Below the pieces are notes generated by a model. That model had not been told where the DNA came from. It did not search any database and saw only the letters and a program-made list of their open reading frames with translations. The position numbers and the translations under genes were made by a program. DNA of 57,385 nucleotides, filler included, from Sluysia triapertura (lineage: Eukaryota), in NCBI GenBank assembly GCA_046118255.1. It is 4 parts of 4 records of this genome, joined end to end, with 100 filler letters (N's around TTAATTAATTAA, not from the genome) between each part and the next. Parts side by side here need not be neighbours in the genome. Positions count along the whole stretch, not along the records: positions 12,188 to 33,608 come from JBJNIA010257294.1; 3 more parts are not named here. One strand, given 5' to 3'. Of this stretch, positions 12,188 to 26,476 are shown one piece after another (position 1 is the stretch's first letter; each line of letters begins with the position of its first letter).

Positions 12188-12330
12188 TTATGATGTTTGT
12201 GATGGTGTAATTGTGAAATAAAAAGTATGACTGTTGGGAAAATTGCATTTTAATGAAATTTGATATATAGATATTAGATTTAATATTTTGATTAAGTTTA
12301 AATTATGAATGTTGACCACTACAACTTGAA
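12188..12330 (-). mobile_element. decayed RLE retrotransposon fragment homologous to ~28440-28540
   Basis: Shared aatgttgaccactacaa and an aligned upstream tgaaattt block. Confidence 0.5.
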
Positions 12331-14131
12331 AATATCTCGTGAAATAACTGTATTACAACTTGAAAATAATTGTATTAGTGTCTGTCCTTTTACATAGATT
12401 TCTATAAATAATAGTCTATTGAATTTGTATGTATAAATACATTAAATAATTTTATATACTATAGTTTTTGAATAATATACAAAATATTTATAATAATAAT
12501 TCCGTATTGTATTTAATAAATTTTGATATTGAGACTGCAGAATAATAATAATTCATTAAACTAATTCTACGTACGATAATATTTAAATAGTACATTTATA
12601 ATAATAATTCTATATTCTATACAATTTCTCATTCATTGTATGTGTATAATTTAATGTATTTATTTCGGACTTTATCTTTCAATAACATTTATTTAAAAAA
12701 TTTTGAATTTGTATTTACTCTTAAATTTCATTTCAAATTAACAAAAGCATTATGGTTTTTGTGATAATATTTTTAATTTTACTTTGAATTTTATTTTAAA
12801 TAAATTTAGAAATAAATTAATGAATATTATATTACGTTATTAAAATGTTTAAATCGAATTTACTTAATTAATTCTTTAAATATGAAATACGATATTCTTT
12901 TCATATTTTATTCAAGATCGTTGTAATACCACGGAATATATATAAAATTATTTGTACATGTTTCTACATCGCAGTTATTGTGCCTTTCACTGTGTTTTCA
13001 TTTATGCACATTAATTATTGTTTGTAATGTTTGTATTTCTGCCTGATTTTAAATGATCATAATAAATGGATGCATCTTCATGATCAAGATACTAATATTA
13101 ATGATGTAATTAAATATGCTTATTAACAATTCTCTGTGAATCTCCGAAAAAATACAAATAAATTGAGACAAATAAGTGATGCTACTTCATGATTCATTTT
13201 TCATAGTTTACGGATAATTAGATGTCAATCGCCACGACAGTCCTGAAACATAATTACATTCCGGCTAGTAAGTGAGGGTACCTTAACGTTAAGATGGCCA
13301 CGCTATTGGTCAATAATTTAAAATTAGTAAATGCATTTCCGTTTGGCAAATGTGGAATGAGTAAACATTGTTTTAAAGTAATCATTTCAATATTATATTA
13401 TTTATATTTAGATTTACATTCTCGATGTTCAAAATATTAACAATTTGGATTTGGAGATTACGAAAGCTGCTTTTCATGGTAAGTTTAGAATGACCACGTT
13501 TTGAATTTTGATATAATGATTGATTAATTTGACAAGCGCGTAACAGACAAGTATTCCAATAATCAAGATAGATATGATTAGAACAGATAAACATTAAAAT
13601 AATGAAACTGAATCTTCAAAATATATCACAAGTCCTTCATATGTATAATGTTTCTTATTTCTTATTGACCAATGATATTAATTTAGAAAAAATATATTTT
13701 TTGAGACATGTACAAGTTCATTTTGTCGGTGGTACTGTTGATGAATAACATAATTTGGTGGTGATGTAAAAGATTATTATGCTTGCGATCATTTTCGTGC
13801 AAGATTGAACATTGGTACACATTTTTGATCGATTGAGACAACCTCGTAGAATCCATTGGATAAAGAATTCATGTTATCGGATATTTTAATAATTTTCACA
13901 TTTTTTATCAGACATAAATGCCATCTTTAGAATACTAGATTATTATTGCAATGTCATAGTAATAATTTCTTGCCGGGGGATATAGGGAGCCGATATATTA
14001 TTATCACTATTATTATATTATTATTATTTTGATGATGATGATGATTATTATTATTTTGCAGAAGAACCTGCAAATGAAAGTAAAACAGAATCCAGTTATT
14101 TTTATTTGTATTTTGTATTTGTATATATATA

Positions 14132-15099
14132 CCCTGTTTCAAAAGTATATCATACCTCCTATTTTTGCTTTATATACAAACACAATTAATACTACAACAA
14201 ATTAATTACGCAATATAATAAATAAACGAATAAATTACTATTTATAATTTCCGTTTTTAGTATTTATTTAACTACTATATTGCATTTAGCCAAATAAATT
14301 CTGTTTTGAAACTATAGAAAGCTTTTTATTTAAGAGACTGTACAACGTATTGTACAAAATTAGTATTTTATTGATGCTCCTGAGTTTTTCAATACTTTTT
14401 GCACACCTTTTGTCATCAAATTAATCAATGTATTTAGACTTCATTTTAATCTTTTCTCAAGCATCCAATATTGTATTTTTTAATTCAGATATATTGTTAT
14501 ACTCTTTTCCTCGACTGTACTAATATTTTGTGAATTCAACCTCACCATTATTTTTAATATTCTTCATACTGTTGTTTTACGGCAGTTTAGTTCTAATTTT
14601 GATATTATGTGAGTAGATAGTATTGTATTTTCGCATCCCTTATTAAACTCATTTTCCGCCGATTAGAAAGTGCCTTAGGACGGCCTATTTGTTTCCATTG
14701 CTTTTTATAACTATTATCCAAATAATTGGATATGACACGTCTTGATCTGTTTAACATTTTGGCAATACTTGCATGCTTTCCTCTTTAGTGGAATATACAT
14801 CAATATTTACTTTTTCACATTCACTAAGTTTAAATCCGCGCGCCATTATACGGTAAATATTAAAACAAAATAAATAGAATGGAAGGAAGTTCTAATATAA
14901 TATATGATATACTTACAAAAATGTCCTACACTTTTGAAACGAAATTTATTTAACTAAATTCAATATAGTGTAATTAAAAGTGTACTAAAATCGGAAACTA
15001 TAAATAAGTAATAGTTTATTCGTGTTTTATTTATTAAATAGTATTGTTAATTTGTTATAATATAAATTAGGGAGGGTTGTCTATACTTTTGTAGCAGGA
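14132..15099 (-). mobile_element. Tc1-like DNA transposon, internally deleted, ~200-bp TIRs, TA flanks
   Basis: 14132-14330 and ~14915-15099 are diverged reverse complements; TA on both sides; internal GRPKALSNRRKMSLIR transposase N-terminal motif. Confidence 0.75.
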
Positions 15100-15473
15100 T
15101 ATTAATAAAGAATATAAAAATATTTAATTCCTTTATAAACTTGTGCATTACTTATCAAAGTGCAGCTGTGAAACGTAGACAATTTCTAATTAAATTCTCA
15201 TTGATTAAAAATTTAATTCATAAAAAATGTACACAAAATAAAAATAATTAATGGAAACAAATTGTAATGTCCTTATAATTGTTTGTTCAGATAAAAACAA
15301 ATAAATAGCTGGGATATTTAAAACATCATCAATGTAGAAGTATGTAGATGTATATTAACAAGACCATTAAAATACAATTGAAAGGTTAAAAATTTAACTG
15401 GAAAATTTAACTGATCTATGATGATTGTAGACATTTTTTGAATTAATTAATCATTATTTAATAATAATAATGA

Positions 15474-15515
15474 TGTTATTAAATGGACTGATCGGGATTT
15501 GAATCAACGACCATC
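15474..15515 (-). mobile_element. degenerate minus-strand fragment of the tRNA-bearing element
   Basis: Reverse complement reads ggtcgttgattcaaatcccgatcagtccattt...aaca (T arm plus acceptor 3' side). Confidence 0.5.
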
Positions 15516-15633
15516 ACTGATGTTACTTTTTATAAGAAAATAATGATAGTCGTTCGATGATTTGTTAATAATAATTAATGTGGTGCATTAAAAAATATAT
15601 AATGCATATTTTATTATTATTATTATTATTTAG

Positions 15634-16127
15634 ATTTCTATGAATCAGATAAATTAGAGATTTATATTAATTTATTAATTTCCTACGATCGATTTAATGA
15701 AGCAAAAACAAGTGTAGATGATTTTTTAAAGGTTAGTTCATTCTTAGGATCTTTTCATTCCGTCTTTAAAAGTGTGATTGGTTGCTAATAAAATTCAAAA
15801 TCATGACAATAATTTACAAATGCTTACATTACGGAAATCCTTAATTTCTTTTAGAAATAATAAAAATATTGGAAAGTAAGGTGAATATTTCATTGAGACA
15901 TAATAATAATAATAATAAATACAGAATCCACAGTGATAATAAGAGCTAGATGATAGGTTGTATGCCATTTATGTTTCAAAAATATACAACCAGCACTACC
16001 AGAAAATGTCAAATTACTGGAAGATGATGAATTATTTAAGAAAAAGGCAAAGTTGTTTCTGTTACAGAAATATTATGGTGAATGAGTACTTACTTTGTAG
16101 TAGATATGAGAGAAATATAAATTAATA

Positions 16128-16180
<53 letters not shown>

Positions 16181-17614
16181 CAATGATTATAATTGAATAG
16201 TTTAGAACCACAATAATTTAATGAATAATATTATGAATTAAGTGATTGTGTTTATTATTTGATAATTTATATTGTCATTTAAGATAATTAAAATTAGAGA
16301 TTTTCTTGCGTATTTTGTGAATTATGGGATATTTAGTGATTTGTGTAAATAACTTATCTGTTACATAATGAGCCACTCTACACATAACACATAAATTGTT
16401 AAAAATTTAAGCTAATTTGATAGTTTGGAAACATTTTTAATTGGAGAGTCAACAATAGGAGTTATCTTTGATTCATTAGCAATGACTCCTCTTCTGGAAT
16501 AATTCGAATTCCAGCTTCTAAAAGTAATTTTTGGAGAAATATTCCCAAAATGTTGCTCATAATTTTTAATCGTTGTTACATTACTCTATTATCACTAAAT
16601 AATCATTATTTTGTTAGTTTTCAATAACTTCATAAATATAAAGTGCCAATTATAAAGAACAAGTTAGAGAAAGTTTATTTTAAATCACATTTGCATTAAT
16701 ATTGATTATTTTTAAAATCCATCGTAAATTTTATGAGTTTATTATTTTTATGATTGGTTGGTTGATTGTGATATGTTTCTATTTAAAGAAAACGATTTTT
16801 GTAAAGGAATTACTTAATGAATCCAAGACTTGCAACGAGACATGGCGTGTCCACAAGATTTATATGATAATATTCTTAAAGAAGTGTAGGTCAAATATAA
16901 TTTCTCAAATGTACAGTAATTATATTATTATAAGTGTGTATCGTCTAGATTAATAATAAAGAATATCACTCAACGTTTTTCTAATGTAGTAATAAATGAT
17001 TTTACTCCACTCTCTGAAGTATGGATTTAAAAAGTACTCACACACATAAGAGTAACCGAATCGTAAACTTAAATAAAAATTAGATATCAAAAACGACAAA
17101 TTTAATAGGTATATTTAATATTTAAAATCGTTCAAAATGTTCAATACAAGTACGCATCTGGTGACAACATTCCAATATACTTTCTGATAAATTTCCTCTG
17201 AAATTTGGTTCCATTCGCGCTGAATACTTTGTTTTAGTTGATCAATTGTCCTAGGCTTTTTAGCATAAACTGCGTTCTTTAGAACTCCCCATAGAAAAAA
17301 TCCAGGGATCTAGCAGGCCATTTGATTGGTCCTCGGCCTCCTACTCAACGTCCAGGAAAAGTTTTATCAAGCCCTTGTCGAACATTGTTGAAAATAAAGA
17401 TCACCGAAGTGGGGAACTCATGAACTATAGGAAACACTTTAGTCTTCAGCATATCAAGGTAACTTTCACCATTAATAGATCCTTCAGAGAAGAACGAGCC
17501 AACTAGGCCAGTTTGCGGTTCGGTTACTTTTAGGAGACCTTGTATATGCGTGTGGGTAGCTTGTAGTGCCACGCCCATTTAAAATTACAAGTTAGACAAG
17601 TAATTACTCTTATA

Positions 17615-17655
<41 letters not shown>

Positions 17656-19951
17656 CATTATTATTAGGTTTAATTTAGTCTTGACAATTGGTTGATTGAT
17701 TGATACATAATTTAGTTATGCAATTAACGATAAATATTCAGAAAACATAGTTCTAGTCACATCTGACAAAAAGTAGCTTTTTTATACGCATGTTGATGCT
17801 TTCATTAGAAGATTGAAACATTTTTAATCTCGAGTAATATAAATAATTATTATTATTGTCATCATAATAATATTTTATAAACTATTTTATAAATTATTTA
17901 TAAAAATCAATAAATTAATTATTTTTAGAAAAACAACTTTGATCAAGCGAAAATGGATGAAAAAGACAAGGTTATAAATAATTTGGATAATATTTTATAT
18001 TAGTGGTGATTGTGTGTTACAAATTACAATCATTCTGTGTAGTAATTTAAAATTAACATAAAATAACCAATAATTATTTACCAAATTTTTTCTGTAACTT
18101 TGTTATATTTAATGTATGTGCGTTTTGTTCTCAGAATGTGTGTATGTGTGTGTGTATTGCAATAAAAATAATTACAGAAAGTCCTCCATTTACGTCGTCA
18201 ATCCATTCAAGTAACTCGCCACGTAATCCGAAACAACGTACAAAGAGGTACTTAAAATATGAATAATTTTTAACCATAGCAGCAGAAAATACATAATGTA
18301 AATAAAGCGGAAAATTTTTCAAACCGCTATTTATTTTTACAAAGAATAACTTTTACAACGTTTTTTAAAGGCATATGTTATATTACACCCATAGCTGCTC
18401 AAAATGTCGTCCGCGTGCTTCAGAGCAGTCTTAACTTAGAAATCCAAGCTCGTGTCGCGTTTTGAAGGGTAACTTGTGAATAGGTTACAAGCATTTTATT
18501 CATGATCTAAACAAATCAAAGTAGAAAATATAACAAGCCATGATAAATTTATATCTTTGTATTTTTAATTTACTCTGCATTATTGACTTCAAAATATTCT
18601 AAAAATTGATTATATTTTTGAAAATTTCCTTTATAATCTTATTCATAGTTATATGTTGATTGCATTGACAGAGTTTTATGATTTGAAAATGATGACTTAA
18701 TTCAGTGTCGCAATTTTTATGAGAAATTGGATTGAACGAGCTTTTTATTTAAATTGATTTCCTAACTGTATCGGATCCGCATTTGACTCTGAACAAGCTT
18801 GTACTTACAGAGTGATATTTGAATAATAATGCTTAAATACAATGTTGCATTATTTCTATTTTAACTGCTATTTCATTTCTATTAGGTTGGTGCATAAGTT
18901 CGTGCGGTTTTATACAATTATGAAAAATGCATAAAAACCACGCAAAAAATTCCAAATAACAAAATGAATTTATTAAATCTTAGGAAACACAAATTTCTCC
19001 ATCAACGCAACAAATCATTCTGGTGGCTTCTGTAGCGTTTAAATGATAATTAAAAGTAGAAGAGGAATAGATCCGGAAATGTTCATTTTAATCTACCTGA
19101 CACTTCATTTTAACGAGGGTAATGAAAGTGAAAATTAGTCTAAATGATTTAAATAGATAATTCAGCTGAATGAATATATAACTCAAAAAGTTGGTGTGTT
19201 TTCTTTGCAACAAATAAAACCGCACGAATTTATGCACAAACCGAAAACCTAGTAAGGTAATTAATAATTAATAAGATAAATGACAACAGTAAAACAGAAC
19301 AAGATAAATATGCTTGGTAGAAAGCAGAACAGAATAAAGAATATCTTAAATAATAGCGAAATAATATTTAATTAAATTATTTGAAGCAAAAATTTATTTT
19401 GATAATAAAATTATTTAATGAATTTAAAGAATGAATATAATTATTCGGCACAGTAGTTTGAATTTCTTTTATTTTTGATTGAAGATTCTTTTTGGTATCT
19501 GAATTTATATTAGTAGATCGATAAGTAACGATTTTATCAATTTGAAGGTTGCAATTCAAACAAACTGCTAAGAAAGTAATAATATTATAATTTTTATAAT
19601 AATTTTTATACTATCTTTCAACTATTTCTGTTTAAAGTTTTTCAATAAGAAATTTTTATAATTTCTATTCATTGTTAAATTTGAATTTTTGACAAATTAA
19701 TTTTGGAAATCTTCTTCCCTCTTGATTCTCTCGAACACATTTTGTTGTACTTCTTAAAATCATTTGCTTACGAGTGTTGCCTTTATTTATATACATTTTA
19801 AAACCAATTCATGGGTAATAAGATTATAAAATTCAGGAAAAGATTCAAAAGATTTTACGAAGAACATGGAATGAGAATAAGTATCATTTTGTAGAATTAT
19901 TTGTGTCTGGAGAAGTTGATTTTAGTTATTTACAAGTAAGTTTTGTGCAAC

Positions 19952-19996
<45 letters not shown>

Positions 19997-21174
19997 TAAT
20001 AGTACTATTATTACTATTTTACTACTATGACTACTACTACTACTCTACTACTACGACAACTACTATTACTACTAGTATTAGTACTACTACTACTACTATA
20101 CTATTACTACGACTACTACTACGACTACTACTATTACTACTAGTATTAGTAGTACTCTAACAATTACTACTAGTACTGCTACTACTAAAAGTACTAGTAC
20201 TACTATTACTTCTATTTGTAATTATTTAGGAAACTGAGAATGATCCATCGGAAAAAAAGCAAGGAAAATATTTATCGAAAAAAGAAATTGATCTTCTGAA
20301 TTTAGCCTGTTTCAAGAGCACTGAAAATGATTATGCAGATCGAATTAATAACAATATAGATAATTTAACAGGAAACATCTTTCACAGTTTGTTATTTTTA
20401 TTTTATCAATGAAATATATTTGTGGTAAATTAAAATCGAAGATTCCTTCTCAAATAAATGTAATTCTCAAATAAATATTTTTAGATACAATTTAACAAAA
20501 CAGCGTATTTTAAGACAACAATCAATATTATCTGCACAGTTTTACAAATTTTTACAAACTTTCACAATTTCACTTCATCGACAAGAATGGAGTTCCGTTA
20601 ATATTTGACATTCTTAAGACAACTTAAACTCCAACTTATGTTTAATGTTGCAAGAAGCTTCTGATGAATGTGAACAATCAAGTAAAAGACCAAAGATAAA
20701 ATTATTTCAATTACTCCTACCAGATCTTTGTAATATTTGATATGTTTTGTTACTGTCATAATTTTCACAAACAAATCATAGTATATTGATTTTTAAATCA
20801 AACAATGTTTCAATTTTTAGATAAATTTTTAGATATTTCTGATAGATCTATTATTCTTAAACACTACGTTGTCTAAGATTTCAAAAACGTGATTTTCAGA
20901 CGATACTAAGTTCGAAGTACGTGAAGGTTCTGATAATATTATTTATTGAAGTTCATCATCACCATCTCTTTTCTGTCACAAGTCAAAAATAGCTCAGTTT
21001 CTTGTAAAAGTATGGTTTTAGTATATTCACACTGCATCATTTCGTCAATGATACATTATTTACTTGTTTATAACTACAGTTATATTTATATAATCACTAT
21101 TTATAATTTTTATTACTGATGGCACAGAAAATTGGTCATAATATTGCATAAATAAACTAAATAAAAATTGCATA

Positions 21175-21209
<35 letters not shown>

Positions 21210-21934
21210 AGGATCGAATCATCACAGTCGAAAGAGATCCGTGACTCCCATTCAAAGTAATGATGAAGGTTATTTGATCATTTTTAAAGTGTAACAAATT
21301 TTCCATAAATAAATTTAAAATTTGAATTTTAATTTGTCAGTTATACAAACATAAATATAATTTTTACAATTCAGATTCCAATCAATCAATCAATGCATTT
21401 TATAGACAAATTTTCATATTTTGTCTGGTTATTCAAAGATTTGAAATGGCCAAACTTGTTTGGAGATATCAAAGTTATAAATTTGAAAATGTAACCTTTC
21501 TATAATAATAATTTATAATAATTTTTTATAATAATTAATACTTCTGAGAATTCAACACCAAAACATGCATACATATAAACAAACGCATAACAAAATTCAA
21601 TCCTAAAATTTATTTATCATGCACAAAATTAAACCGAACACAAATCAACACTTATTACATAAACAAATTATTAAACACATTACGCAATACATACAAAACA
21701 TAAACACAGTAAAATTACTGCAATTTTACAATTATTATAATCATAGTTATTATCATAATAATAATAACTATTATCATTACTACAGTGTTTGGTTTGCTGT
21801 TCTTTTCTTGCATGTTTGTGTGTTTCTATGTGTCTGTTCTTATATACATATCCTACTATTCTTATTCAAATTTTATTATTTTCATTATTATTATTTCTAT
21901 TATTATGCTATTACATATTTTATTATTATTTTTA

Positions 21935-21969
<35 letters not shown>

Positions 21970-23364
21970 TTTATCCTCTTAATCGCCACATTTTTCTAAT
22001 TCAAGCAAAGGAAGAATACTAAATTATTTTCTTAAGGAGGTTAATTTCTCATTTCTTCGACTAAAAATTTTCTTGATAATTTTGCAATTAAGTTTATAGG
22101 TGTTTTTGATTTGATTCATAAAATGAGCCAAAAATTGAGAAAAGATTTTAATTTGCTTCGTGAAAATGAACCACAAAAACGATTTTAAACTAGTTATCGT
22201 TAAATTTACTTGTAAAATAATAAGGTTTTGAGTTAATAAATAATTATATTAACACAACAAACAATAAAATGAGGATACAATAGAACATAATTATTTACAA
22301 AGATAATTAATACAATCTTAATAGATATATTTTAAACAATATTTTAATCATCTACCTTATTAAATGGTAGCTGTAAGAGTTCCAAAAAAATTTTAAGTGG
22401 TATTTTATAATATTCAATAGTAAAAATTGCCAAAATAACTTATGAAAATTATACTAACGATTGAAAGAATCAATAATAATAATGTCCTCTTCTGGTGGAA
22501 AAAATTTTTGAGGAAATCAAGAGAATTGCTCGTAGATGAAAGGTTCAGAACTGTTGACTGATAAAAGGCGTTGAAGTCAGAATTGTGTGTAAACGTAAAT
22601 TTTACTGCTTTTAAATAGTAAAGTGTGATCTTGAAGTCATTAAAAGATTTTTAAAACACAATAAATAATAATTTTCATAATTCCAGAAAAATAATTAAAT
22701 GCTCATAATTAATTTAAAATAATTAAATACTTCCTTTAAAATATTATTTTTAATTTCCACAATTTACAAAGTTAAAAATCAATAATATCATATGTATACT
22801 AATTTATTACAACAAATCATAAATTTACAAGCTACACTAATTTTATATTTACAAACTACAATTATTTTTGTACTTCACAAATGTACTTTACAAATTAAAT
22901 CAAATCAAACATTTACATTACTACAAAATAGAAATACATTGATAATAATTCAGAATAATTATAGAAATGTAATTCTCATTTGTCATACTACAAATTGATC
23001 TAATTATCATTTAATAATATTTGGTTTTAGAGATGTGGTTTTATCCTAAAAACCTACCTAACATAAATTTTATTCTAATCTTTAAGAGTTCATATTTCAT
23101 ACTACTTTCTTGTACTTTTACAGAGATATATCATTTTTTGATGATCAGAATACTTTGAAGTGTCACATTAATGGTTTTATTTCCGTGTTTAAAGAATAAA
23201 AATAAATTAAATATTAATTACAAATTTAATTAATTAATTAAGTGGGACGAAAAAGATGGATTGGGATTAGCTTTAACAGCTTGTGTGGTCTGTAAAACAA
23301 TGGGGAATCGTGCAAAAAACAAAGGAGAAGAAGAGTTGAAAGAAAAGTTTTTAGAAGAAAAGAG
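15634..23364 (+). CDS. TRPM-family cation channel, partial (N-terminal MHR3/4 exons: 15634-15731, 17929-17970, 19837-19935, 20230-20386, 21212-21268, 21375-21473, ~23256-23364)
   Basis: Phase-compatible GT-AG exons give YINLLISYDRFNEAK (cf. QLxLALAWNRVDIA), NKYHFVELFVSGEVDF (cf. DRVxFVKLLxENG), FIFCLVIQRFEMAKLVW (cf. LxWAVLxNRxxMAxxxW) and ALTACVVCKTM (cf. ALxACKLxKAM), in the TRPM order. Confidence 0.75.
15825..16176 (+). mobile_element. LINE (L2/Crack/CR1-like) 3' end followed by an (ATT)n tail, intronic
   Basis: Frameshifted KIYN..LPENVKLLEDDELFKKKAKLFLLQKYY resembles the WNxLPxxIK...FKKKLKxFLL ORF2 terminus; (ATT)n run at 16128-16176. Confidence 0.6.
17120..17510 (-). mobile_element. Tc1/mariner transposase C-terminal fragment
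   Basis: GSINGESYLDML...FPGR..GPIKWPARS..FFLWGVLKNAVYAKKPRTIDQLKQSI. Confidence 0.8.
18380..18480 (-). mobile_element. Tc1/mariner transposase extreme C-terminus
   Basis: CSEARGRHFEQL resembles the CIxxxGGHFEHL terminus. Confidence 0.5.
18882..19245. mobile_element. non-autonomous mariner (MITE-size) with Hsmar1/MADE1-like 30-bp TIRs
   Basis: TTAGGTTGGTGCATAAGTTCGTGCGGTTTT ... AAAACCGCACGAATTTATGCACAAACCGAA (27/30 complementary); TA at the left end. Confidence 0.85.
19950..20210. repeat. compound (TAT)n/(TAC)n microsatellite filling a TRPM intron
   Basis: Direct reading. Confidence 0.95.
20500..20670 (+). mobile_element. MULE-like transposase remnant
   Basis: Frameshifted LQTFTI...GVPLIFDILKTT*TPTY resembles the QLYTIH...PLVYALLxxKxxxTY motif. 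Confidence 0.35.
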
Positions 23365-23429
23365 GTCTGCTTTTTATAGAAATTGTAATTACAATTTTTA
23401 TACATTAGCTCATTTATTGTTGTTGTTAT

Positions 23430-23660
23430 TAGTATTAGCATTAGTATTACTATCATTATTATTACTATTTTATTATTATTAGTATTATTCCTATTTTATT
23501 ATTATTAGTATTAGTATTAGTATTACTATCATTATTATTACTAATTTATTATTAGTATTATAATTATTAACGTCATTACTATTTTATTATTATTAGTATT
23601 ATTATTAAAGTTATTATTACTATATTATTATTAATATTATTATTACTATTTTATTATTAG
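23430..23660. repeat. degenerate (TAT/TAG)n microsatellite
   Basis: Direct reading. Confidence 0.9.
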
Positions 23661-24449
23661 TCTTTAAAATTTATGCGTTGTTTCTTTGCCTTTACTTTAT
23701 TGAACTTTCGTCGAGTTTAAATATGTCTGAATACTGTTTTATACTTTATGAATTTTGTACGTACTTGAAAAACTCTTGTTCTTTACTATTAATTTATATT
23801 TCCTTATGAATTCATATATTTTAAACTTTTCTATTATGAATTAATATACTCGTCCTTGTTGTTCAGGATAGAAGTACTTAACAAAATTATAATTCTCTAA
23901 AGTCTGTTTATCCAAGTTCGTGTGTATGTTTGAAAAGATTTATTTTAACTTCTAGAATTAAACTTACCTAACTCAATTTATGAAATTCCTATCTAGCCTA
24001 AAACTACTTTAAATACTTTTCAGTTTAATGATTATCTATCTCTTTCGATAGCTCTATTTCCCACCCACTTTCATTCAACAGCAGAAGAATAAATTAAATT
24101 CAAAACTATTTATTCACAATTAAATTATGTAAATTACAATGTATATACTTATACTTTGTAAATTAAATTCAAAAGGAAATATTTTATCAACAAGTAAATT
24201 TGCCATAAAGTTAACACATAACGATTAAAGAAAAATGGTAGTCTTCGAAATAAAATTGTAATCAAAATATTGTGAACCAATTTTTATAATCATTAAATAT
24301 TGAATTATAACAATTATTCTACTATTTTTAAATTTATTAGCCATTGTCATATAAGTTTTTTCCTAAAAGTATAAATCTAAGTCAACAATCTATATTCAAA
24401 AATTAAGTTGCTTATTTAATATATCTTAAAAGCAAAAAGAATTTGCAAA

Positions 24450-25670
24450 ATAATCCCGACAGGGAGCCTCCAAAAAATAAAATTATTCAATCACTTACAA
24501 ATAGTTAAACTTGAAATTAAAATAAAAATTAAATTTAACTCTAAATACTTCAAATTTATTCGGCAGAAAGCCTCCCAAAAATTCATATTTATTTGGCGAT
24601 AACTAAAAAATAATTGTGGCAAAAAATTAACTAAATATTCAACCCAAAGTTATTTATTTATCTTATATTAATAAAATAATAAAAAATATTACCATAGCCA
24701 TGGATTTTCTTTTTTCATGATTACTATTGTGTTGAAAATTTTTTAAGTATTCGTTTTTATATCTCTGTATCATCTAATCATTTTCAAACTCACAATCAGG
24801 AATTACTATTATACAAATCATCAAAACCACGTTTAAAGATTAAACCGACTAAAAAGACTTTGGTACGATCTGTCAAGCAAAACATAACAATTTAATTAAT
24901 AATCTACTCTACTCGATCTATTTTTTATGAATCACTTCTTTCATTAAAATAACAATTATTATTATTATTATTGACATACTAAAAATAATGAATTTAATTT
25001 TAGTTTTCACATTTTAATTAATTTTCAATTCCTCACACTCAATTTTTACTGGAAAATGTTTAAAGTTCTCATTCCAAAGCAAACCATTTCATAAACATAT
25101 CAACCTCATTTTCGGATTCTTCTATTTCATAGCAGTCACTCCATATACAACTCATCATCCCTTCATCATTCTAAATATGAAAATTTCATCATTTTAAATT
25201 AAAAATTAATCAAAATTGCACTTTGCTCAATATAGAGGCTTTCTTCGCATGAACTCGGTTAAGATTTATCTTCATCGGAAGGTCTCTTTAAAACACATAT
25301 ATACGCAATTACAATTTCTTATTCAAAAGTTATTCATACAACGTAATTTTTCTTAATTAAGATTTTAATTAATTATTTTAACTTTTGTTATTCTAATTTT
25401 AAAGGTTTTATTATGGTTATAAAGTTGTTAAATACCCAATGAAGTACTCAGGAGGCTCTGAATGTTTTCACCTTCACCACTCTGATTCTTTTTTCAAACG
25501 TTTTATTTTAATTATTAATGTATCAAGTTTATTTTTAATATTATTAACCATGATTTTAATTCTTGAAGATTTCAAAGGTTCCAAACATTTTACAAGATTA
25601 CTCGAAGGTCTCAAAAGTCTTTATAAGGCCCTCAATACAGATGTCTTTGGAACTCCAAGGTGTTTTTAAG
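24450..25670 (-). pseudogene. decayed spliced gene copy 1 (C-type-lectin-like motif), paralog of 41460-42842
   Basis: Colinear blocks shared with 41460-42842, e.g. ctttgctcaatat..ggcttt..t.gcatgaactcggt and tcaggaggctctga; short GT-AG introns on the minus strand; multiple stops. Confidence 0.5.
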
Positions 25671-25771
25671 TGATTATAAACATTTTACTGGTCATTACTC
25701 TTGCTCTGAAAATATTTAATTATGTTTATATTATTATATTTCAGATATTTTATGACATTTCTTAATCAAAT

Positions 25772-26330
25772 TTATGATGTTACAAAATCGTAATCAGGTC
25801 CACTTTGAACTTTAAACTGCGCACAATTGTTCCCAGAAATATTGAAAATATATACACCTGAAAATAAATGTGTATGTCTTAGATCAGAGGCGAATGATAA
25901 TTTCTTTAAAAAATTTATAGTAAGCTTTAACCAAACTCTAATAATAATAATGTAAGTATATGTAAGTAAATATGTATTCATTAAATATGTATTCATTGTA
26001 ATGTAAAACATAAATATTAAAGTTCAATATGTAAAACACTAGTATTAATATTTCAACATTTATAATTAATACTTTAACATTCATAATTTAATTAAAGGAT
26101 TTAATTTTACAAGTTAATCATCATCGTTTGGATATTTAATCTGGTTATTATAATTATTATTTTAAAAAATTTTTATTATCTTTAAAACTTTGTTTATACT
26201 AAATTTGACTTAGAATTTCAACATGATCTCTAACTCTTTTACTATCGAAAATATTACATTCCAATATAGTTCTGTAAAATACGAATGAGATATCCTGGAT
26301 TCAATAATTATTTGCCACATAATGTAAAAA
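25772..26330 (-). mobile_element. decayed CR1-like reverse transcriptase remnant
   Basis: ANNY*IQDISF..RTILE (cf. NYRPISL..KILE) and ISGNNCAQFKVQSG (cf. FxVxSGVPQG). Confidence 0.4.
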
Positions 26331-26476
26331 TGACTACTGTAAAAGAAAAGTATAACTGAACTTATTGAAGCAAAATTAATTTTTTATTATTTAATTTATA
26401 AATAGTTCTTTTTGCTATTTAAATTAAAAACCTTACTCGTTATATCACGTATTTTAATAAATTATTTTATATTAAG

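Noticed and set aside
12309-12326. tgttgaccactacaa (also at ~28522) as a shared promoter motif
   Set aside because: It is part of a longer alignment between retroelement remnants.
19903-20160. Poly-Leu/Tyr/Thr/Ile ORFs here and at 21619-22022, 23238-23456 and 51671-52090
   Set aside because: These are translations of (TAT)/(TAC) microsatellites; only the first residues of 19903 overlap a real TRPM exon.
23243-23364. WDEK... exon as the missing CAP N-terminus
   Set aside because: The rest (ALTACVVCKTM) fits TRPM, and no CAP HN/GENL motifs are present.
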